From: Candidatus Bathyarchaeia archaeon
Lineage (GTDB): Archaea; Thermoproteota; Bathyarchaeia; Bathyarchaeales; Bathycorpusculaceae
Length of the DNA: 64,000 nucleotides
Assembly (NCBI GenBank): GCA_050015395.1
Contig: JBEKBM010000015.1
Coordinates: 11,544 to 75,543 of the forward strand
Reading direction: 5' to 3'
Positions 17,731-27,793 of this stretch are shown here, one piece after another. Numbering within the stretch: position 1 is the first letter of the stretch; the number at the start of each line of letters is the position of its first letter. Below the pieces are notes generated by a model. It worked only from the letters and a program-made list of their open reading frames with translations. It was not told the origin of the DNA and did not search any database. Position numbers and translations under genes: made by a program.

Positions 17731-18690
17731 ATGGACACGCCAATGAGCAACCAAGAAAAAGCACAACACATCTCAAAATGTTTACAACTAGCGATACTGC
17801 TTGAAGTCAGCGCAGAAAAACCAGGCAACGTCAACTTCACCACGGGCTTTGAGGGGACAACATGCCAGCATTTCTTGGCTTCAGCCATTGCTGCAGGACC
17901 ATCCTTCCAAAAGGCTGCTTACCGTGGGGTTTCAGTGGCAGAAAACAAACTTGGCATAAGCGAGGTTGGCTTGGGACAACTCATAAAGACCTGCGCCAGC
18001 GATGTTAATGCTTGGCAAAGGGGCGGAAACACCATCTTGGGCACAATAATGCTTTTTGCGCCAATCGCTGTCGCCGCAGGCATGACGCCAACCAACAAAA
18101 ATTACCTTTTTGATTTTTCTGTTTTGCGCAAAAACGTTGACTTGGCAGTTAAATCAACCACAGCGTTGGACTCAGTGCACCTCTATGAAGCAGTGGACAT
18201 TGCCAGCCCAAGCGGTCTTAATGACGCGCCAGACCTTGACGTTACCGACCCGCACTCCAAAGAGCGCTTAATAAAAGAGAATGTTACTTTGTATGAAGTT
18301 TTCAAAATCGCCTCAGCATACGATGACATTTGCGCTGAATGGGTACACAATTACCCAGTAACATTCGACTTAGCTTATCCTTACTTGATTGAGCAGCTCA
18401 AAAGTAAACCTTTGAACATGGCAGTCGTTCACACATTCCTAAAAATCCTCTCAGAACGCCCTGACACTTTTATAGCAAGAAAAGTAGGGAAAGAAAAAGC
18501 ACAAGAAATATCGTCAGACGCTAAGGCTGTTTTGGAGCTTGGCGGATTAGAAACCGAGAAAGGCAAAAAAAGCCTCACAGCATTTGACAAGAAACTACGG
18601 CTATCCCAAAACAAGTGCAATCCCGGAACTACCGCGGATTTAACAGCGGCTGCTTTGGCGCTTTGCACCCTTAGCGGATACAGGCCTTAG
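17731..18690 (+). CDS. citG: CitG/MdcB-family (triphosphoribosyl-dephospho-CoA synthase-like) protein
   Basis: LEVSAEKPGNV, NTILGTIML, PDTFIARK, NPGTTADL. Confidence 0.85.
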   Translation: MDTPMSNQEKAQHISKCLQLAILLEVSAEKPGNVNFTTGFEGTTCQHFLASAIAAGPSFQKAAYRGVSVAENKLGISEVGLGQLIKTCASDVNAWQRGGNTILGTIMLFAPIAVAAGMTPTNKNYLFDFSVLRKNVDLAVKSTTALDSVHLYEAVDIASPSGLNDAPDLDVTDPHSKERLIKENVTLYEVFKIASAYDDICAEWVHNYPVTFDLAYPYLIEQLKSKPLNMAVVHTFLKILSERPDTFIARKVGKEKAQEISSDAKAVLELGGLETEKGKKSLTAFDKKLRLSQNKCNPGTTADLTAAALALCTLSGYRP

Positions 18691-18761
18691 GCTGAAGTTA
18701 GGGTTTTCTTTAACGTTAACTTTCTATAGTGGATGGCTTTTTTGGGAAGGTTTATGTGTTT

Positions 18762-18781
18762 TGTAAACAGTACTGTTTACA
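18762..18781. promoter_or_regulatory. Perfect 20-bp palindrome, probable autoregulatory operator of the RHH/RelE module
   Basis: TGTAAACAGT|ACTGTTTACA lies immediately downstream of a TTTATG box and directly before the RHH gene. Confidence 0.7.
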
Positions 18782-19009
18782 GTGACTGTGATGGCTCAGG
18801 TGCAACTTAGACTGCCAGAAAAAACGTTAGAAGAGATTGACCGTTGGGTAGCAGAAGGCAGGTTCAAAAGCCGAAGCGACGCTATTAAAAGCATCATTAG
18901 CTTCTATGAGGAACGGGAGAAAACACGCGAGTTCTACAAGATGCTGCTTAAGCGCAGCCAAGAAGCCAAAGAGCACCCTGAAACGCTTGTTTCCTTAGAG
19001 GAAGCGTAA
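18782..19009 (+). CDS. Ribbon-helix-helix (CopG/MetJ-like) antitoxin; likely start ATG 18791
   Basis: QVQLRLPEKTLEEIDRWVAEGRFKSRSDAIK. Confidence 0.88.
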   Translation: MTVMAQVQLRLPEKTLEEIDRWVAEGRFKSRSDAIKSIISFYEEREKTREFYKMLLKRSQEAKEHPETLVSLEEA

Positions 19010-19010
19010 C

Positions 19011-19278
19011 TTGCTATTTAAAGTGCTTATGCATCCTAAAGCTGCTAAGGCACTGCAAAAATCGGATGCGCCGGACAAGGTGAGAATAAATGAGGCGCTT
19101 AAGGAACTTGCTGGTGATCCAACGAAAGTTGGGAAACAATTGAAGCTTTCGGATTTTTGGAGTTTAAGGATAGGCGATTACTGTGCCATTTATGAAATTG
19201 ATAGAGAAAAATCAGGTAGTGGTAATTTTCATTGGGCATCGAAAGAACGTTTATAATGACTTCTCAAAAATGTTATAG
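19011..19278 (+). pseudogene. RelE/ParE-family toxin, frameshifted
   Basis: LKLSDFWSLRIGDYCAIYEID (usual DYR is DYC). A frameshift in the A-run at ~19207-19211 moves the expected tail NQVVVIFIGHRKNVYNDFSKML* into another frame. Confidence 0.82.
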
Positions 19279-19902
19279 CAGAAAATGATAAAGGAAAAGT
19301 CGGCATGCAGAAGGCCAGTCGAGATGCTGATGCTCGGAAAGTCTTGAAGCAAATTGAAGCAAAGCAAGGGCTGGGGCTAACGCGTACAGTGATACTTTAT
19401 TTTCCACCTTAAAATTTTTTCACGTTTTATGCATAAACATGATAGATTTGTTTTCACTTGGGGTCATTAACCGCTTTGCGTTCGAACTTGAAAATTTGTA
19501 GACCTATTTTTGAAAACAATTTATTTGCGAGTTCCGATAAGATTAAATCTGTATCAGACTCACAGGTTATTCTCATGGATGTCAGCCAAGAGGAAAAGCA
19601 GCTAAGATGGCTTGAAGCAGCAAAAGCTCTCCAGCAAAAAGACAACTTACTGCGAAGGTTATCCTGATTGATTTAAGCAGAAAAAAGCAAAAATAGTATA
19701 AGAAAACAAACTTGCACTAATAGATCTTGCTAAGTAAAATCATTTAAATCAACTAGGCGCATATTGAAGAATAGGGCTAGCCGTTGTGGTTGAAGTGGTT
19801 TTAGTTATTTCAGTCCTAGTTTATAGTGGGTATCGAAAAGGCAGAGTGCCTTAACTTGGTTTTTACGAGCCTTTGTAATGAGATAACGCAAAAAATAATG
19901 GG

Positions 19903-20478
19903 TTAAGTGTTTAGTTTTTTGAGAAGCCACGCCATGTTCCTTCCTAAATCTTTCATGGTTCGCATGCCTTCCTTGTCTTTTTCTACGTCGCCCTTGTTTC
20001 GTCCTATGCCAACGTTCCAATACGATGAGCCTGGAATAATCATTTGACTGATTAGGAAGAAGTGGTTTATCGCATCAAAAGTCGGTATTCCACCCGCCCT
20101 TCGCACTGCCACGACCGCAGCGCCCACCTTTCTCTTAAACAAATCAGAATTTGCTCGCGCAACGAATCCTGCACGGTCAATAAGCGCTTTCATTTCAGGA
20201 GACATCATCGAAAAATACGTGGGTGAACCAAGAATTATTCCATCTGCCTCAGCCATCTTCTCAATATACGTGTTAACGTTATCGTTTACAATTTTACATT
20301 GTTTATTTTTGAGTTTCCGGCAAGTTCCACATGCCATGCAACCGTGTATTTGCTTACCTGCTAGCTGAATTAGTTCAGTTTCTATTCCTTCTTTCTCAAG
20401 AACCTGAAAAACACGACGAATCAAAACCGCGGTATTACCGTCTTTTCTTGCACTCCCATTAAAAGCAATAACCTTCAT
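19903..20478 (-). CDS. Iron-sulfur flavoprotein / multimeric flavodoxin family
   Basis: [17 protein letters not shown]...C, GSPTYF, AVRRAGG. Confidence 0.92.
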   Translation of the reverse strand: MKVIAFNGSARKDGNTAVLIRRVFQVLEKEGIETELIQLAGKQIHGCMACGTCRKLKNKQCKIVNDNVNTYIEKMAEADGIILGSPTYFSMMSPEMKALIDRAGFVARANSDLFKRKVGAAVVAVRRAGGIPTFDAINHFFLISQMIIPGSSYWNVGIGRNKGDVEKDKEGMRTMKDLGRNMAWLLKKLNT

Positions 20479-20596
20479 TTTGAAGCCTCAATTGTATCTC
20501 TTAGCTTGGTATTAAAAAGTATTGTTAGAACTTTACGCTTTATTCACTTGCGGAATTACCGTTGGTAGCTTTATAGTGTCACGTTTGAGGACAAGG

Positions 20597-21961
20597 CTAG
20601 TCAAAGTTGTATGCTTCTTCTCCATGCTGGCTAAGGTCTAAGCCGTCTTCTTCTTCTTTAGGACTTACTCTTAGTGGCGAGAAGAAATCTACTACTTTCA
20701 AAAGCGCGTAAGAACCGCAAAATGCAAAGGCAGACACGACTAATACAGCGAGCACTTGGATGCCGAGCTGAGCAGCGTTGCCAGAGAATAATCCTTGCAC
20801 GGCAGGATTAACTGCGGCGGTTGCGAATAAGCCTATTGCGACTGCGCCGATGATGCCGCCGATTCCGTGGCATGCGAAAACGTCTAATGTGTCATCTATT
20901 CTTGACCTGCCGGCTCGCCAGTTAGCCACCAAGTTGCAAACTATCCCTGCAACCAAACCAATAATCACTGCTGCAGTAAAATTAACGTAGCCCGAAGCTG
21001 CTGTAATGGCTGCCAAACCACATACCGCACCCACTGCAATGCCTACTGCTGAAGGCTTACCCTTGATTAACCAATCCATTATCATCCAGCTTACGGCTGC
21101 GGCGGCGGCTGCCAAGTTGGTTGCCACAACGGCAGAGACAGCAATGTTGTCGGCTGCTAATGCGCTGCCACCGTTGAAGCCGAACCAGCCGAACCACAGT
21201 AAGCCTGCGCCTAAAATTACGTAGGGAATGTTGGTTGGTTTAAACTCAGTTGCCGCTGATGCTTGTTTGCTTGCGCCTTTTTGGTCTAAGGCTTTGAGTT
21301 GATCTTTCCAGTAAACGTAGCCTTTTCTTCTGCCAACAACAAGCGCCGCTGCCAATGCAGATAATCCTGCAGTCGTGTGTACAACTATGCCGCCTGCAAA
21401 ATCCACCGCGCCCAAAACGTGTAACCACCCGTTGGGGTTCCACATCCAACAAGCGATGGGCGAGTAAATGAAGGTTGACCACAAAACGACGAAGATCAGG
21501 AGTGATTTGAAACGGATTCTTTCTGCGCATGCGCCTATGATTAGTGCTGGTGTGATTGCGGCAAACTTAAGCTGGAACGCGAAGAATAGTATTTCTGGAA
21601 TGGCTGGCGCGTTAGGGCTAACGGTATTTATGGTTATGCCGTTTAATCCGACGAGAGACAAGTTGCCTATTATTCCACCTATGCTTGGTCCATAGACGAG
21701 GCTATAGCCCCAAAAGAACCATATGAGACTGACCACTGCAAAAATGATGATGCATTGGACTAGCGTCGAGACAAGGTTCTTTCTTCGGACTAAGCCGCCG
21801 TAAAAGAAAGCTAAGGCTGGGGTCATTAGCATTACAAGAGTTGTTGACATTAGAACCCAAGCGATGTCTGCTGCTCCCACGTTTGTTCCCTCGATAGCGT
21901 TATTACAGCTTATTTGTTCTTCTTTCTTGGCAAAACTAATATTTAAACTATGCATTCGCAT
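20597..21961 (-). CDS. amt: Ammonium transporter (Amt) paralog 1
   Basis: LVMLMTPALAFFYGGL, DFAGGIVVH, LWFGWFGFNGGS, DDTLDVFACHG, GLDLSQHGEEAY. Start uncertain. Confidence 0.95.
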   Translation of the reverse strand: MRMHSLNISFAKKEEQISCNNAIEGTNVGAADIAWVLMSTTLVMLMTPALAFFYGGLVRRKNLVSTLVQCIIIFAVVSLIWFFWGYSLVYGPSIGGIIGNLSLVGLNGITINTVSPNAPAIPEILFFAFQLKFAAITPALIIGACAERIRFKSLLIFVVLWSTFIYSPIACWMWNPNGWLHVLGAVDFAGGIVVHTTAGLSALAAALVVGRRKGYVYWKDQLKALDQKGASKQASAATEFKPTNIPYVILGAGLLWFGWFGFNGGSALAADNIAVSAVVATNLAAAAAAVSWMIMDWLIKGKPSAVGIAVGAVCGLAAITAASGYVNFTAAVIIGLVAGIVCNLVANWRAGRSRIDDTLDVFACHGIGGIIGAVAIGLFATAAVNPAVQGLFSGNAAQLGIQVLAVLVVSAFAFCGSYALLKVVDFFSPLRVSPKEEEDGLDLSQHGEEAYNFD

Positions 21962-22160
21962 TGATTATTAGGCTAAATATTGATAAATGTCCAATTAACC
22001 GTTTATAATCCTGATATTCATAAAACATTTAGCTAAAAAAAGTTTGGTAATCGTAAACTTGTCCAAAAAATGGCGTTAATGCAATAGCTTGTCAAATAGC
22101 CTGTTAAGCCTAAAGGTTTCGGCTAATACAAAATAGAGAAAAAAGAGCCTTGGTTATGCT

Positions 22161-23432
22161 CTAATCTAGTTGAAAGGCCTCTTCGCCATGTTCGGCTAGG
22201 TCTAAACCTGCATCTTCTGCTTCCTCGCTAACACGTAGTGGCGAGAATACGTTCACAAATTTAAGCAGTAAGTAGGAACCGAAGAATGCAAACGGCACCA
22301 CCACGCCAATTGCTACCAACTGAGCAACCAGTTGGCCCGGGTTTCCGAAGAATAAACCGCTTGCACCGTTTATCGCTGCTGATGCGAATAAGCCTGTTGC
22401 GATTGAACCCCAAATTCCGCCGACGCCATGGCATGCAAACACATCCAGTGCATCGTCTATTCGTGATCTGCCTGCTCTCCAGTTAGCCACCAAGTTGCAG
22501 ATAACTCCTGCTACTAAACCAATTATTAATGCCGATGGTATGTTGACGTAGCCTGATGCAGGAGTAATTGCAACTAATCCAACAACGGCGCCAGCAGCGA
22601 TACCTACTGCTGATGGTTTCCCTTTAATTACCCAGTCTGCAAGCATCCAGCTTATAGAGGAAGCCGCTGCTGCTAAGTTTGTAACTACAAGCGCTGAGAC
22701 AGCTAAGTCGTTTGCGGCTAATGCGCTGCCAGCATTGAAGCCAAACCAGCCAAACCACAGTAACGCTGCGCCTAGCAGTACATATGGGATGTTGGTTGGT
22801 TTGAATTCTGCTGCATGGTTTTTTTGATCCAAAGATTTCATATGATTCTGCCATGGGACAGCGCATCCTTTTCTTCTGCCTACTACAACTGCTGCTGCTA
22901 ACGCTGAAATGCCTGCTGAAATGTGTACTACTATGCCTCCTGCAAAGTCAATGGCGCCAAAGACGTGAAGCCAACCGGTTGGATTCCATACCCAGCAGGC
23001 TATTGGGCAATAGATAAGTGTAGACCAGAGTACCATGAAGATAAGTAGTGACTTGAATCGGAATCTTTCTGCGCAAGCTCCAATGATTAGTGCTGGTGTT
23101 ATGGCTGCGAACTTGAGCTGGAATGCGAATTGTAATAGTTGAGGAATTTGTGGTGCAAGTGCAGTGTTAACCGTATTTATGCTTAGGTCGTTCATGCCTA
23201 GTAGGCTTGGGCTCCAGCCGATCAAGCCGTTGACGCTGTTGCCGAACACAAGGCAGTAGCCCCACAGTGCCCAGACTATGCTTACGACTGCGAATATTAC
23301 GAAGCATTGAACAATTGTTGATACCAGGTTTTTCTTTCGCACTAGGCCTCCGTAGAAGAATCCTAGTGCTGGCGTCATTAGCATGACTAGTGCTGTTGCC
23401 GTTAGGACCCATGCTATGTCTCCTGCTGCCAT
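22161..23432 (-). CDS. amt: Ammonium transporter (Amt) paralog 2
   Basis: Same signatures including both pore histidines (DFAGGIVVH, DVFACHG). Confidence 0.95.
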   Translation of the reverse strand: MAAGDIAWVLTATALVMLMTPALGFFYGGLVRKKNLVSTIVQCFVIFAVVSIVWALWGYCLVFGNSVNGLIGWSPSLLGMNDLSINTVNTALAPQIPQLLQFAFQLKFAAITPALIIGACAERFRFKSLLIFMVLWSTLIYCPIACWVWNPTGWLHVFGAIDFAGGIVVHISAGISALAAAVVVGRRKGCAVPWQNHMKSLDQKNHAAEFKPTNIPYVLLGAALLWFGWFGFNAGSALAANDLAVSALVVTNLAAAASSISWMLADWVIKGKPSAVGIAAGAVVGLVAITPASGYVNIPSALIIGLVAGVICNLVANWRAGRSRIDDALDVFACHGVGGIWGSIATGLFASAAINGASGLFFGNPGQLVAQLVAIGVVVPFAFFGSYLLLKFVNVFSPLRVSEEAEDAGLDLAEHGEEAFQLD

Positions 23433-23920
23433 TTTTTATCTTCCTCTTTTTGACATTTGTTTACTTGTTTATTTTTTACCTGTACAGCTATTGTATAGTT
23501 ATATTTAAAATATACGCATATGAAACATATTGTTGTTTAATGATGTACGTTTGTTTATTTTATCAATGTATCAGGTAATGTTCATCCAATTTTTCACCTA
23601 AATATAGCCTGATAATAAAAAATCGTTCAAAATTACGCCTATAATTGAAAGTTTCTAAGCTATGGAAATAGGGAAGTTTCTGCAAACCTTGCACAAATTT
23701 ACAGGTTTAAGTTAAAATAATGGAAAAAACTGCATAACAATTGGTACGAGAAACCAGTTAGCATATTAAAAACCAAGCACCCGACTGTTGCACAAACCCC
23801 AGTAAGTTTCTTAATTCTATACAAACTTATTTCTAATTCTTAAATCTGGTTAAAATTAAAAACCAGCGGTTCTTCTACATTACACAAAAACCTTATAACA
23901 TTACAACCGATTCTTTTGGG

Positions 23921-24844
23921 TTGAAAAAGGCGTACTGGATGAAGCTTGGCACATATACGTTTCAACCTGAAAAGGCGCAAGGATTTGATTTCCATGTTTT
24001 ACGTGTTAAAACAGAAACTGGCATAAGGATTCCGCCCGTGCAGGATATGTATAGTAATGTTGCCGTTTTCGCAGACAACATTGCCGTCCGCAATCATCCA
24101 GATTGGATATCTCAGTCACCGCTGGGACTGGCGAAAATGGGGAATAACAACTTCAACATTTACTGGGACGTTGTATGCGCCACTCAGCCGGAGCATAGGG
24201 CTGAACAATTAAACTACCTAGCAGACGTCGATAGGCACTCACCTGGTGTGTGGTTAAACAGCCAATATTTTGCGGATCAGGGACACTGCGTTTGCCCACG
24301 CTGCGACATGCTTTGGAAGAAAAGTGGTTTAAGCTGGCTTGAATGGCGCAGAAATGAAGTTACCGAGTACATTGCTCAAATCCGAGAAAAAGTCAAGAAA
24401 GAACTAGTTTTATGTATTCAACCTGACCCTGTAAGCTCTTTTGAGCGTTACGGCGTAGACTTCGATGACCTTGCAAAGTACGCTGACGCCTTCAACGTTG
24501 TAATGTTCAGCAAAAACTATGCCACGCCGTGGTATTGGGAAATGCTTGCACGCGCCTTCAAAAAGCTGCTGAAAAAGCCATTTTACATTAGCTTTTACGT
24601 TTTGGGTCCAGGCGACAACCCTAAAGACGTACCATCCGCCTCAGAGTTGCTTACTGTGAGTGTTCGCTGTGCAAGAGCAGGCGCCGATGGGTTCCTATAC
24701 CTAACTGATAACGCCAGCCAAATTCGATCTTTCCAGAAAGCAGCAGTTGAGATGGTTGAGCTTAGAGAAAAGCTAAGGAGTTATGGCGGCCAGCCAGTGC
24801 AAGAATTTTTGGATTTTGTTGAAAGCTGGGAAAAAATTATTTAG
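23921..24844 (+). CDS. Hypothetical glycoside-hydrolase-like TIM-barrel protein with CxCxxC motif
   Basis: HPDWIS, GHCVCPRC, WLEWRRNEVT, YGVDFDDLAKYAD resemble uncharacterised GH-like barrels; no signal peptide. Confidence 0.6.
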   Translation: MKKAYWMKLGTYTFQPEKAQGFDFHVLRVKTETGIRIPPVQDMYSNVAVFADNIAVRNHPDWISQSPLGLAKMGNNNFNIYWDVVCATQPEHRAEQLNYLADVDRHSPGVWLNSQYFADQGHCVCPRCDMLWKKSGLSWLEWRRNEVTEYIAQIREKVKKELVLCIQPDPVSSFERYGVDFDDLAKYADAFNVVMFSKNYATPWYWEMLARAFKKLLKKPFYISFYVLGPGDNPKDVPSASELLTVSVRCARAGADGFLYLTDNASQIRSFQKAAVEMVELREKLRSYGGQPVQEFLDFVESWEKII

Positions 24845-24970
24845 GTTTTTAACGTTAAATCTCTTTAACTAACTTATTTGCTTCGAGGTCATGTTATTTT
24901 TGATTCTTAAAGCCGTTACGTTTTTATCGACTCAGCCTTAAGTCTATGATGCGTCTGGAGCAGTGCTAGT

Positions 24971-25558
24971 TTGGATTTCATCACAGATTTAACTAGAGCC
25001 ACTATGGCTCTATTCATCATAGTTGACCCTTTCGGTAATATTCCCATTTTTATGGGGTTAACCGAAAAGATTCCAGATGCCCAGAGAAAGAAAGTGTATA
25101 ACACCGCAACGCTCGTCGGCTTTGCTTTGCTTCTTGTTTTCGCATTTACAGGTCAAGAAATCTTTTCGCTTTTTGGGTTATCGATTTACAGTTTCGAGGT
25201 TGCCGGAGGTATTCTACTACTAATTATTGCAATTAGAATTTTGATTACAGGCAGCATGCATGAGAACGTTGAATCTCCGGAAAGCTTAGGTGCTGTTCCC
25301 ATTGCGATGCCTCTTCTCGTGGGTCCGGGAGCCATCACCACAACCATATTTACCCTTCAAACTTACGGTACAATTCTAGCGATTCTGGCAGTTTTGATTG
25401 TGTTATCCTTAACATGGATCATTCTCAGGTTCATAAACGGCATTTACAAGGTTTTAGGCAAAACAGGCTCCTTAGTTATAGCAAGAGTCATGGCGTTACT
25501 TATTGCTGCCATCGCAATCCAATACATTTTAACTGGCGTAACTCATTTTGTAATTTAA
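24971..25558 (+). CDS. MarC-family membrane protein
   Basis: LFIIVDPFGNIPIF, VAGGILL, VPIAMPLLVGPGAIT. Confidence 0.93.
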   Translation: MDFITDLTRATMALFIIVDPFGNIPIFMGLTEKIPDAQRKKVYNTATLVGFALLLVFAFTGQEIFSLFGLSIYSFEVAGGILLLIIAIRILITGSMHENVESPESLGAVPIAMPLLVGPGAITTTIFTLQTYGTILAILAVLIVLSLTWIILRFINGIYKVLGKTGSLVIARVMALLIAAIAIQYILTGVTHFVI

Positions 25559-25655
25559 CCAAAGCTATGTTATGGTTTGGGAAATATGGTTTATATACTT
25601 CTAGGTTTTTTCTTGTTTAAAAAGGGAGGGGGCTTCGACGCTTGAGTTTCGAAAA

Positions 25656-26867
25656 ATGAACCGCCACAAGCAGTTCTTCATGTTTTTAGCAGTATTCCTA
25701 ATTGTCGGATTATTCTGTGTCCAAATGGCAGCCGCAGCAACAGATGGCTGGGTAGAGTACCCAACAAATCCCGTTTTTGCTCCAGGTAAGGCGTACTATC
25801 CAAGCGTGCTTTACGATGCAAACAAGTTCAGCGGCCACGGCGATTCGTATTACTACAAGATGTGGTACTACACAGGGAGCCCATCCATAAGGCTCGCCTA
25901 TTCAAACGACGGTATAAATTGGGTTAACGAAGGTGGAGACTTGGGCGTGCTTACCAACGCGGCTCATCCAGTCGTGCTTTATGATGCTGGCGGCTTTGGA
26001 GGAAGCGGATACTACTACAAGATTTGGTACTGGGACGGAACGCAAGAGGGACCAGGCGCGATACGATATGCGGAATCCACCGATGGCATCCACTGGACGA
26101 ATGATCAAGCGATTGGACAGGACTCATCGGCTCCTCTTGTGACTGGTCTGGATAGCGATTACGGTACATGGTTCTATCATTCATACGGTCCTGGAGCAGT
26201 CTTATACAACCCGAGCGGTTACACGTCTCCCAACACGGCTGATCCGATGGGCAACAAGTATGTCATGTACTATGACGCCGCAAGTGAATCCGCTACTACG
26301 GTCGACAAGGAAACCATTGAAAATACAGCACTTGCGATTTCGGCTGATGGCATAACCTGGACAAGATACGGATCTGAACCGGTTTTTGAGGCCAGTGGAG
26401 GTTCCCTCACAGGTTCTTGGGACAGCCGTTATGCTTATGTTTGGACTGTACTGAAAATCGATGGACAGTACCAAATGTGGTACAGTGGAGGTCAAGGGGG
26501 CTCCAATGCTGGCATGGGGTACGCGGAGTCCACGGACGGCATAACGTGGACAAAGCAAGTTGACCCCGTAATGTCCGTCAGTGACGGCATAGCATGGCGG
26601 TCAGACCGAACCTACACCCCGCTTGTACTCTACGATGAAAACCAGTTTGGCGGTCACGGAGACACAGCATACTACAAGATGTGGTACACAGGCGTAGACG
26701 TAACAGACTCTTACTACGCCGTTGGCTACGCATGCATCCCAACCTCATCAGCCACGCCAGAATATCCCCTCGGAGACTTCGCTGGTCTGCTTGGATGCTT
26801 GGTTGCCTTAGTCGTATTTAAAAGCCTCAAAAGCCCGCGCTCTTTGCAGTCACGACTGAAGACTTGA
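25656..26867 (+). CDS. Secreted beta-propeller glycoside-hydrolase-like protein with C-terminal TPEYP-TM sorting signal
   Basis: Signal peptide; five blades of P-VL...YKMWY...YAxSxDGIxW; ends TPEYPLGDFAGLLGCLVALVVFK. Confidence 0.82.
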   Translation: MNRHKQFFMFLAVFLIVGLFCVQMAAAATDGWVEYPTNPVFAPGKAYYPSVLYDANKFSGHGDSYYYKMWYYTGSPSIRLAYSNDGINWVNEGGDLGVLTNAAHPVVLYDAGGFGGSGYYYKIWYWDGTQEGPGAIRYAESTDGIHWTNDQAIGQDSSAPLVTGLDSDYGTWFYHSYGPGAVLYNPSGYTSPNTADPMGNKYVMYYDAASESATTVDKETIENTALAISADGITWTRYGSEPVFEASGGSLTGSWDSRYAYVWTVLKIDGQYQMWYSGGQGGSNAGMGYAESTDGITWTKQVDPVMSVSDGIAWRSDRTYTPLVLYDENQFGGHGDTAYYKMWYTGVDVTDSYYAVGYACIPTSSATPEYPLGDFAGLLGCLVALVVFKSLKSPRSLQSRLKT

Positions 26868-27793
26868 ATGAAAACTTGAAAGCATTTTCTCTTTTTCTTT
26901 TGCAATGCTTTGAAACGTCACCCAAAAGCAGAAAGCGGACTTAAAACCATTTTGCACCATTTTAGGAACACGCATAGGCGGGAGAAGACAAAGGCTTCAA
27001 TCCTGCTTTCGAGGAGAAAGGGAAAGGGTATTTTTTGCACTTTTTAAGTCTCGTTGTCTTGTTGAGGCTTCGTTCTGGTTGTTTGTTTTTGGTTTTCAGC
27101 TACTCTAGTATTAGTGCTTGAAGCAGTTGGGTTTGCTTGATCGTACTATTTTTTTTGCGGATCAGAATCTGGAATGGTGAATGGTACGCTTTTTTTGGGC
27201 TGAAGGTTGTTTCCTGTTCGGTTCCATCCATACTCTACGTTGTGTTTAAGCAAAACGCTTAAAAGACGTCGCAATGAGAAATGGTGGTTATGCTTGTCTG
27301 GGGATGATAGTAGCGGCTTAAAGTCCAGTTAGAGTTCCCTCTGCTTCAGGTCCACTTCCTTCAGGAAGGGATATGATAGAGTTGGCTCTAACTGTTGCTT
27401 TGTTTCTGGAACAGCTTATCTGGTTTGAGTTGTTTGTGGGACTTTGTCGGGTAATAGTCTTGGTCGCGTAAAGCATTATGCAGCTATTTTGACGCTGCAA
27501 ATTTTGGCCTGCTCCAATTGAGTTGGTTGATAGAATCTGCGTTTATGTGCTTGTGTGTGTTTAACGATATGAAGCTAAAGTTATACCGCCTAGGCCTTTG
27601 GTTTCTGGAAAGAAGAAAAATAGTTCATCATCAACAACAAGCTACCTCTAAGTTGTTTAGGGAAAAAGAAAAGAACATACTAAACAACCTGAAAGAAAAA
27701 TACATAACTTAATACGCACATGTGCTTAAATTTATAAGGCTTGAAAGTTAACTTTCCGCTTATTCGAGGGAGAAAGGGGAATTGGAAAATCGG

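Noticed and set aside
19458-19667. Small ORF downstream of relE
   Set aside because: No RBS or family motif; at most a 30-aa peptide from ATG 19576, which cannot be supported.
26880-27790. Short ORFs and low-complexity T/G tracts as genes or ncRNA
   Set aside because: No recognisable motif or convincing structure; probably degraded sequence.
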